From the NCBI GenBank assembly GCA_965231815.1, contig OZ246890.1, positions 1,692,888 to 1,756,887 of the forward strand: 64,000 nt of DNA, given 5' to 3'. A program made the position numbers and the translations under genes. Under the pieces are notes generated by a model that saw only the letters and a program-made list of their open reading frames with translations, searched no databases and was not told where the DNA came from. Source of the DNA: Acidimicrobiia bacterium. GTDB taxonomy: Bacteria; Actinomycetota; Acidimicrobiia; Spongiisociales; Spongiisociaceae. This document shows positions 26,671-33,873 of this stretch, in pieces. Each line of letters begins with the position of its first letter. The stretch's first letter is position 1.

Positions 26671-27846
26671 TTGTTGACCCTCGCCGATATGGATGTCAGG
26701 GGCCGCCGAGTGCTGCTGAGGTCAGACCTCAACGTTCCCTTGTCGAACGGAGAGGTGGCAGACGATTTCCGCGTGCGGGCGACCCTGCCGACCATCGACC
26801 TGCTACGCGGTTCGGGGGCCACCGTGGTGGTGTGCAGCCATCTGGGCCGTCCCGACGGGCGCGTTGTCGATGAGTTACGTATGGCGCCTGTGGCTGCCGC
26901 CTTGTCGGAGTTGGGTGGCTTCCCCGTGGAGGTATCGGCAGACACCGTCGGTCCCGACGCTCACCGGCTTGTCGAGCGGGCCGGTTCCGGGGAGGTAATC
27001 CTCCTGGAGAACACCCGGTTCCATCCCGGGGAGACCGCCAACGACCACCGGTACGCAGCCGCTCTGGCCGAGTTAGGCGATCTATTCGTTATGGACGCGT
27101 TCGGATCAGCCCATCGTGCCCATGCCTCGACGGCCGGGGTAGCGACCGTTCTCGAATCGGTGGCCGGCCCGCTGCTGGTCAAGGAACTGCAAGCCTTCCG
27201 GATCCTGTTGGAGGACCCTCCCCGACCCTTCACGGTGGTCCTGGGAGGCGCCAAGATATCCGACAAACTCCCGTTATTGACGGCTCTCCTGCCGAGGGTG
27301 GATGCGATGCTGGTAGGAGGAGGAATGTGTTATAGCCTTCTGGCGGTGGAGGGATACGAAGTGGGAGACTCGCTGCTGGAGTCTGACCATCTCGATTCGC
27401 TGGCCGAACTGCTGGAAGGTGATTACGGGGACCGGCTCATCCTTCCTGTAGATGTGGTAGCCGCGGATGGCTTTATGCCGGATGCGACCACCAGACAGGT
27501 CGATGTAGCAGCCATGGAGGACGGCCTCGCCGGGCTGGACATCGGTTCCCGCACCGCCGGGATGTTCGCCGATGTCATCGCCGGGTCGGGAGCGGTATTC
27601 TGGAACGGTCCTATGGGGGTATTCGAGTGGGAAGCCTTCCGGGCGGGTACCGAGGCTATCGCAGTCGCGATGGCGGAGTCCGACGCGTTCACCGTGGCAG
27701 GAGGTGGGGATTCGGTGGCAGCTATCAGATTGGCGGGCCGGGAAGCCGAGTTGGCCCATCTCTCTACCGGCGGAGGCGCCGGTCTGGAGTTATTGCAGGG
27801 CCGGACGCTTCCATCCGTGGCGGCGCTTGAGGCATGGTCCCCATGA
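26671..27846 (+). CDS. pgk: Phosphoglycerate kinase
   Basis: RVLLRSDLNVPL...VVVCSHLGRPDG...LLENTRFHPGE...FWNGPMGVFE...STGGGAGLELLQG. 391 aa. Confidence 0.95.
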   Translation: MLTLADMDVRGRRVLLRSDLNVPLSNGEVADDFRVRATLPTIDLLRGSGATVVVCSHLGRPDGRVVDELRMAPVAAALSELGGFPVEVSADTVGPDAHRLVERAGSGEVILLENTRFHPGETANDHRYAAALAELGDLFVMDAFGSAHRAHASTAGVATVLESVAGPLLVKELQAFRILLEDPPRPFTVVLGGAKISDKLPLLTALLPRVDAMLVGGGMCYSLLAVEGYEVGDSLLESDHLDSLAELLEGDYGDRLILPVDVVAADGFMPDATTRQVDVAAMEDGLAGLDIGSRTAGMFADVIAGSGAVFWNGPMGVFEWEAFRAGTEAIAVAMAESDAFTVAGGGDSVAAIRLAGREAELAHLSTGGGAGLELLQGRTLPSVAALEAWSP

Positions 27847-28610
27847 ACCGTAAACCCCTCATGGTCGGTAACTGGAAGATGCACGGATCCCACCTCGAGG
27901 CTATCCAGCGGGTGCAGAAGCTCAGCTACCGCCTCGACCCTGGCGACTACGACCGGGTAGAGGTAGCTGTGGCGCCCCCGTTCACGTCACTCCGTTCGGT
28001 CCAGACGGTGGTACAGATGGACCATCTCCGCATCCGGATCGCCGCGCAGAACCTCCACTGGGAGGAGCGGGGGGCGTACACCGGCGAAATATCGGCCCCC
28101 ATGCTGGCCAAACTGTCGGTTTCGTATGTGATTGTCGGGCACTCCGAGCGGCGGCAGTACTTCGGGGAGGATGATCGGACGGTCAATCGCAAGGCGAAGG
28201 CCGCGCTCAAGGCCGGTCTGGTCCCGATAGTGGCGGTGGGGGAGACTCTGGAGGAACGGGAAGCCGGCCAGACGGAGCGGGTGATCCGCAGGCAGGTATC
28301 CGGTGCACTGTCGCGTATCCCGGCCGATAAGGTGGCGAGGTTGGTAATCGCTTACGAGCCTGTCTGGGCGATCGGAACCGGTCGTCACGCCCGTCCCGCG
28401 GACGCCCAAGAGACTATCTCCGCCATACGGGCCCACATACGCGGGCGGCGGGGCGGTGCCGCCGACCAGGTCCGGATTCTCTACGGTGGATCGATGAATC
28501 CGGGAAACGCGGCTGCTTTGATGGCAAAGACTGACATTGACGGGGGTTTGATAGGCGGCGCGTCCCTGGACCCTGACACGTTTGCCGCTTGCGTACGCTA
28601 CTGGAAATAA
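27834..28610 (+). CDS. tpiA: Triose-phosphate isomerase
   Basis: PLMVGNWKMHG...AAQNLHWEERGAYTGEISAPMLAKLSVSYVIVGHSERR...AYEPVWAIGTG...YGGS. The start could be the ATG at 27843. Confidence 0.95.
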   Translation: MVPMNRKPLMVGNWKMHGSHLEAIQRVQKLSYRLDPGDYDRVEVAVAPPFTSLRSVQTVVQMDHLRIRIAAQNLHWEERGAYTGEISAPMLAKLSVSYVIVGHSERRQYFGEDDRTVNRKAKAALKAGLVPIVAVGETLEEREAGQTERVIRRQVSGALSRIPADKVARLVIAYEPVWAIGTGRHARPADAQETISAIRAHIRGRRGGAADQVRILYGGSMNPGNAAALMAKTDIDGGLIGGASLDPDTFAACVRYWK

Positions 28611-28643
28611 CCATTCACACGGATTCTGGGAGGTGATGGCCGC

Positions 28644-29384
28644 TTGAGCACACTGGTTTTCGTCCGTCATGGGCAAAGTATCTGGAACTTGGAGAACCGT
28701 TTCACCGGTTGGACGGACGTGCCGCTGACCGAGTTAGGCGCCGACGAAGCCAGGTCGGCGGCTGAAATGCTCGAATCGGAAGGTTCGGTGTTCGATGTCG
28801 TTCACACCTCGGTATTGAGGCGGGCGATCAACACCGCCAACCTTTTGCTGGACGGGATGGACCTCCACTGGCTACCGGTAAGGAGAAGTTGGCGGATCAA
28901 CGAACGCCACTATGGCGCCTTGCAAGGCCTGGAAAAGAAAGAGACCGCGGCCATTCACGGTGCGGAGCAGGTGTTCAAGTGGCGCCGTAGCTATGACGTC
29001 CCGCCCCCACCTCTCGACGAGACCGATCCACGGCACCCTCGGCACGACACCCGCTACCGATCGGTTCCTCCCGCTGAGTTACCGGCGAGCGAGTGCCTGG
29101 CCGATGTCGTGACGCGAGCCCTTCCGTACTGGGAAGGCGGGATCGTTCCCGATCTCGACGCCGGACTTCGGGTGCTCGTGGTCGCCCACGGCAACAGCAT
29201 TCGGGCCTTGCTGAAGTACTTGAAGGGGATCTCGAAAGAGGAGATCAGTCGGTTGAATATCCCCACCGGGATCCCTTTGGCGGTGGAACTCGACAGCAAA
29301 CATCGCTACGTGTCCGACCGTTACCTTGGAGACCAAGCCGCTGCCGAAGCCGCCGCAGCGGCGGTAGCCGCGCAGGCCGGTTAG
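28644..29384 (+). CDS. gpmA: 2,3-bisphosphoglycerate-dependent phosphoglycerate mutase
   Basis: LVFVRHGQSIWNLENRFTGWTDVPLTELG...RSWRINERHYGALQGL...VVAHGNSIRAL. Confidence 0.93.
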   Translation: MSTLVFVRHGQSIWNLENRFTGWTDVPLTELGADEARSAAEMLESEGSVFDVVHTSVLRRAINTANLLLDGMDLHWLPVRRSWRINERHYGALQGLEKKETAAIHGAEQVFKWRRSYDVPPPPLDETDPRHPRHDTRYRSVPPAELPASECLADVVTRALPYWEGGIVPDLDAGLRVLVVAHGNSIRALLKYLKGISKEEISRLNIPTGIPLAVELDSKHRYVSDRYLGDQAAAEAAAAAVAAQAG

Positions 29385-29420
29385 CTGGATAGCCGAGTAA
29401 TCCGGCCGGCAACTCGGGTT

Positions 29421-29924
29421 TCAGTCGCCTCCGACTCCTCGGGGTGCGTCAGCGAGAACTAGATGGTGGGTTTCCATTACGCGTTGGCCGTTGTTGATCA
29501 GATCAAGGGCGTCGCGTACTCGTTTGGCTGCTTTACGCGGATCGGCGGTAATCTCGAAATCCCAAAGGCGGATCACGTTCCAGCCGCGCGCCGTTAGTTG
29601 CTCGTTCGCTGCTTGGTCCCGTGCTATATTGCCTTCGATTTTCTTGTCCCAGTAAGCGCCGCTTCGCCCCCGCCAGTACTTGGATGGGTGCCCGTGCCAG
29701 AAGGCGCCGTCCACGAACACGGCTAGGCGTATCCTGCCAAAGGTAACGTCCGGTTTGCCAGGCAAGTCAGTGCGGTGACAGCGCCACCCTCGAAGGCCGA
29801 TGGCGTACATCGCCTTACGGAGCAGGATCTCCGGCCTGGTGTCCCGTGTCTTGACACTTCTCATCACGGCGCTTCGAGTAGCGGCGTCGTACGTGTCTGC
29901 CATCAATAGCCGTAGGTGAACCAT
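29421..29924 (-). CDS. vsr: Very-short-patch repair endonuclease
   Basis: TRSAVMRSVKTRDTRPEILLRKAMYAIGLRGWRCHRTDLPGKPDVTFGRIRLAVFVDGAFWHGHP. Alternative start at 29903. Confidence 0.88.
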   Translation of the reverse strand: MVHLRLLMADTYDAATRSAVMRSVKTRDTRPEILLRKAMYAIGLRGWRCHRTDLPGKPDVTFGRIRLAVFVDGAFWHGHPSKYWRGRSGAYWDKKIEGNIARDQAANEQLTARGWNVIRLWDFEITADPRKAAKRVRDALDLINNGQRVMETHHLVLADAPRGVGGD

Positions 29925-29939
29925 TGCCGGGAGTGAAAG

Positions 29940-30719
29940 CTAGATGTCATGCCCGGCAAGTTCTCTGTAGCGTTGGCGAGCTAGCCACTCAAGGCGTTGG
30001 GCTTGCACGACGAGGGTCCTCCGTAATCCTGAACTCGGGGATCGCTCGCTAATGATTTGCGCCAGGTTGGCGATCGTGCCCGCCCGCCGCGCAATGCGGA
30101 TATCGGAGTGTCTGCGCAAACGTCGGATGTCATCTGGGATGATTGACATTCTAGCCGACGATGGCAGCTCAACGATGTTGGCTATGGGGACATCCTTCTC
30201 GTTGAGCAACGCTGCGAACACCGATTCGAAGAGAGCTTTCTGGTAAACGGTGTATTCGAGATCGGCGAGATAGGGCAGGGCCTCGGATCGCGATGCGTGC
30301 TCTAGGAGGGTGCTGAGAAACCCCGTACAAAGGGGTTCAGCCGCTAACCCACAACTCCATGACCAGGCGGTTTGCCGACCGCCTAACCCCGTAAGATTCG
30401 TTTTTCAGGACCCTCCTAGTCGCCAGAGAGGCCACATCTCGATTTCGGCTACTTCGAATGGATCCAGAACGCTCATCGCGGCAGCGTCGGTTCGTTGATT
30501 GGTCAGGTGGCGGCGGATTCTTGTCCGCAGCTTCTCATAAGTTCGACCTACATAGATCGGTTCCTTGTCGTAGTCATAAAACAAGTAGACACCATGCTTG
30601 GCGTCTCCAACCCGTCGGCCCTCGGAGTCCTCGGTATTGAGCGCTTTGGTGATCAGGGCTCGGATGGCTTTGACTTCATGGGGAGGATCAGACCGGTACG
30701 GCACGACGTGACCCGGCAT
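29940..30719 (-). pseudogene. GIY-YIG-type (Eco29kI-like?) restriction endonuclease interrupted by a MITE
   Basis: ORFs 30405-30719 and 29940-30221 share one frame. The N-terminal piece has the GIY-YIG core GVYLFYDYDKEPIYVGRTYEKLRTRIRRHL. The frame stays open and protein-like from 30221 up to the repeat boundary. The stop at 30405-30407 lies inside the repeat. Removing 114 bp restores a 221-aa ORF. Confidence 0.75.
30302..30419 (+). mobile_element. MITE-like repeat family 2, copy A (~116 bp, CTAG/TA-flanked), inserted in the endonuclease gene
   Basis: CTAGGAGGGTGCTGAGAAA...TTTTTCAGGACCCTCCTAG. Near-identical copies lie at 58704-58820 (same orientation) and 53431-53548 (inverted). Confidence 0.9.
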
Positions 30720-31821
30720 CCGTATCGGTGGATAGTCTCAGGAGCGGGGCGAGGTAGCTGTGAGCTATCCAGCGGACAACCGGTACACAAACCGCGTCGC
30801 CCAGCCCGTACAGCGCTTGGTTGGTCGTAACCGTGTCCAAGATGAAGTTGTCGGCCCCTTGCAGGCGCGCGCACTCGCGAGGTGTAAGCCATCTGACTCT
30901 AAGCTTGCCTGCACCTACTTCCACGAGTGCCTGCTTGCTTGATCCTCCACGCGCGGTGCGTAGGCATCCCGCGATGTCGTCCCTCCGCACTTCCCACACC
31001 GCCTTGCCACCTCTCGTTCGGCGGTATGCGGTACGCCACTGGAGATCGGTCCCTTCGACAAGTGTTCGTACCCTCCTCGTCTGGAGCGGCGACAAAGATG
31101 CGTGGAAGTTCGCCACCCTGTCGCCCGACCACCACCGCGGGTCGGTGGCTGACATCCGCTCGACGACGGTATCTAGTCGGTGTCCTCCGTTTGGTGGGGC
31201 GGCGAGCGGGTAGAAGTGGATTCCGGACTGTGGTCGCTCCGAGCGGAACCGCCATACCGAACGAGGCCGGAACCGGGTCACCCGCCGGTCTTCTTCGATC
31301 TCGGGTGGCTCTAGCAGCCCGACGACAAACAACCGCGGTCGGCTTTGGGGTACGAACCACTTAGCGTCACCTACGATCAGGTCGCAGCGATAACCGAAAC
31401 GGTTCAACTTGTCAATAGCGTTCTCCAAGTCTCGGCCTCCTCGGGAGGTAGCGAAGCCCAAAACGTTCTCCAGTAGGATCCCGCGGGGTCGCCGGTCGCC
31501 CATCTCTTCAAGGATCCGGGTGAATTGCCAGAACAAACCCGACTCCGAACCCGACAGACCGGCCCGTCCGCCGGCGACGGACAGATCCGTGCACGGGAAC
31601 GAAGCCGTTGCCAAGTCAATATCCGGGACGTTGTTACCGGACAGTTCGCGGATATCGGAGAGAACGAAGTCTTCGGTTCCGTAGTTTGCAGCGTAGATCG
31701 CCAGCTTGACCGGGCTTATGTCGTTCGCGAACACAACTTTGAAGCCGGACTGCTCCAACGCCGTTCTCACCAAGCCCATCCCGGCAAAGAACTCCGCTAC
31801 CCGCAATCGAGAATTCCACAT
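30688..31821 (-). CDS. DNA (cytosine-5)-methyltransferase
   Basis: Motif I VAEFFAGMGL, motif IV ASFPCTDLSVAG, motif VI LLENV, C-terminal RWLTPRECARLQG and GLGDAVCVPVV. Overlaps the endonuclease start by 32 nt. Confidence 0.9.
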   Translation of the reverse strand: MWNSRLRVAEFFAGMGLVRTALEQSGFKVVFANDISPVKLAIYAANYGTEDFVLSDIRELSGNNVPDIDLATASFPCTDLSVAGGRAGLSGSESGLFWQFTRILEEMGDRRPRGILLENVLGFATSRGGRDLENAIDKLNRFGYRCDLIVGDAKWFVPQSRPRLFVVGLLEPPEIEEDRRVTRFRPRSVWRFRSERPQSGIHFYPLAAPPNGGHRLDTVVERMSATDPRWWSGDRVANFHASLSPLQTRRVRTLVEGTDLQWRTAYRRTRGGKAVWEVRRDDIAGCLRTARGGSSKQALVEVGAGKLRVRWLTPRECARLQGADNFILDTVTTNQALYGLGDAVCVPVVRWIAHSYLAPLLRLSTDTDAGSRRAVPV

Positions 31822-31943
31822 CTGTTATTCAGTGTACAACCATATGGTGACAATAACTCATACACTTCTTCGCGGTTTACTCGCTGAGCCGGCGATATCC
31901 GGTTCCCGATTCGGCGTTCGCTGTGCCATAATCCGGGCGTCGT

Positions 31944-32204
31944 TTGCCAGGAAGGAGCCATACCGTGGCCATAGCGACCGCCATCCTCATCATCCTCCAC
32001 CTGCTCATGTCCATTGCCCTGGTGTTCCTCATCCTCCTGCATTCGGGCAAGGGCGGGCTCGGTGACACATTCGGCGGTGGCATGCAGGCCGGCGGCTTGG
32101 GTGGTTCCACCCTGGCGGAGCGCAACCTAGACCGGATCACCGTTATCGTCGCGGTGCTCTTCGGATTGACCACCATCACACTCGCCATCCTGCTCGGCCG
32201 CTGA
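31944..32204 (+). CDS. secG: Preprotein translocase subunit SecG
   Basis: LHLLMSIALVFLILLHSGKGGLGDTFGGG...GSTLAERNLDRITVIVAVLFGLTTITLAILLG. The likely true start is the GTG at 31965. Confidence 0.8.
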   Translation: MPGRSHTVAIATAILIILHLLMSIALVFLILLHSGKGGLGDTFGGGMQAGGLGGSTLAERNLDRITVIVAVLFGLTTITLAILLGR

Positions 32205-32232
32205 CGGCATCGGCCGGGCACCCGCCTCCGGC

Positions 32233-33819
32233 ATGACCGAGCGACCGGAAAAGACCCGCGGCCTGGCCACCGGGCGACGCCGGTTCCTTCTGATCGGCGT
32301 GGGCGTGCTGGTCGCTTTCGCCGCAATGGTTGGATTCCTATCCTCGGATCCACCTCCCGACGAGGCCGTACCGGTCGGGGATGCCGAACCCGGGGCATCT
32401 ACCGAGGCGTCCGGCCCGGCGGAGACCTTTGCTGAGCGGAGTGATGACCAACCGACCTCCACCGGTCCGGTGACCGAGGCCGAGGAACCATCCGGCGCCG
32501 CGACGTCGTCGCCGGTTGACTCGAGCCGACAAGGGGCTCCTACCGCGGGAGAGGTTCCCTCGGAAGGGGGCATGGAAGCCGACCTTCAGTCCGTGCTCGA
32601 CTCGTTGACGACCGGGCTGGACACCGATGCGATCACCCGGCTCGTCGAATCCGGCGACCTTCGGGTTGCTTGGGTGCTTGCCGACCTGATGCGCTTCATA
32701 CATTCGGAGGTATCCGGGCTCAGCGATGCCTTCACGAGCCTGACCGGGGTAGAACTCGGCGCTAATCCATGGAAGGAGGCCACCAACCAGCTCATCGCTT
32801 GGGATACTCCCGCCCTCCCCGGGTTCGGTCAATGGAAGGGTCAGGTCTACACCCTGGTGGATCCACGATGGGCGCCGTTCTTCGAAGACAGGGATTCCTT
32901 GATTGACTGGCGGTATGTGACCTGGGGCGGGGTGTTGATCGATGACCGACCCATCACGCAGACGGATTCCCCCTGTCCTCGGGGATGCATTCCGGCCCTC
33001 AACGACCCACCGCTCGAACCTGGCTTCGAAAGCGATTACCACCCTGACGACGCATACGTGTTTGCGGTTACCGTCAACGGCGAATCGGTGGCTTTTCCCA
33101 AGAACATGATGGAAGTGCACGAGATGGTAAACATCACCGTCGGAGGCCGCCGTCTCGGTATCCCCTATTGCACCTTATGCGGATCGGCACAGGCCTACTT
33201 CACGGACGAGGTTCCGGCAACGGTGCGTGATGCACCGGCCGGGCCGGAGACCTTCGAGTTGCGAACCTCCGGGCTACTTTCACGATCCAACAAGATGATG
33301 TACGAGTTCCATACCTTCTCCGCGTTCGACACGTTTACCGGCCGGGCGGTGAGTGGCCCCTTGCGGGAGGCGGGCGTCCAACTGCCGCAGACCACCGTTG
33401 TCGCCTCCCCTTGGGGCGAGTGGAAGGCGGCCAACCCCAACACTTACATCGTGGTTGAGGATGGAGGGATTGGTCATACCTATCCGGAAGACCCGTTGCG
33501 CGGTCGTGACGATGACGGCCCCATCTTCCCGATCGGGGATGTCGATGATCGCCTGCCGGTTCAGGAGAAGGTCTTGGGCGTGGTCCTGACAGAGGGATCC
33601 GAGGCGGTGGCCATAGCTTTCCCGGTAGCCGCGGCCCGCGAGGTTCTGGTCGGGGGAGGATCGGTCGAACATGCGGGGGTTGCTCTGACCAGGGACGGGG
33701 GAGGGTTGCGCGCCTGGAGCCCTGACGGTCTGGAGATCCCGGCTCATGAGGCATTCTGGTTCGCGTGGAGCCAGTTCCATCCGCAGACCACCCTCTGGGC
33801 ACCGACGAGCGGTGGCTAG
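32233..33819 (+). CDS. DUF3179-domain protein with N-terminal membrane anchor
   Basis: FAVTVNGESVAFPKNMMEVHEMVNITVGGRRLGIPYCTLCGSAQAYF...FELRTSGLLSRSNKMMYEFHTFSAFDTFTGRAVSGPL is the DUF3179 pattern as I recall it. Confidence 0.65.
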   Translation: MTERPEKTRGLATGRRRFLLIGVGVLVAFAAMVGFLSSDPPPDEAVPVGDAEPGASTEASGPAETFAERSDDQPTSTGPVTEAEEPSGAATSSPVDSSRQGAPTAGEVPSEGGMEADLQSVLDSLTTGLDTDAITRLVESGDLRVAWVLADLMRFIHSEVSGLSDAFTSLTGVELGANPWKEATNQLIAWDTPALPGFGQWKGQVYTLVDPRWAPFFEDRDSLIDWRYVTWGGVLIDDRPITQTDSPCPRGCIPALNDPPLEPGFESDYHPDDAYVFAVTVNGESVAFPKNMMEVHEMVNITVGGRRLGIPYCTLCGSAQAYFTDEVPATVRDAPAGPETFELRTSGLLSRSNKMMYEFHTFSAFDTFTGRAVSGPLREAGVQLPQTTVVASPWGEWKAANPNTYIVVEDGGIGHTYPEDPLRGRDDDGPIFPIGDVDDRLPVQEKVLGVVLTEGSEAVAIAFPVAAAREVLVGGGSVEHAGVALTRDGGGLRAWSPDGLEIPAHEAFWFAWSQFHPQTTLWAPTSGG

Positions 33820-33873
33820 GGGAGAATAGTCTCAATGCGGGCATTCCGGGAAGATCACTTGCAGTAGGCCCGT

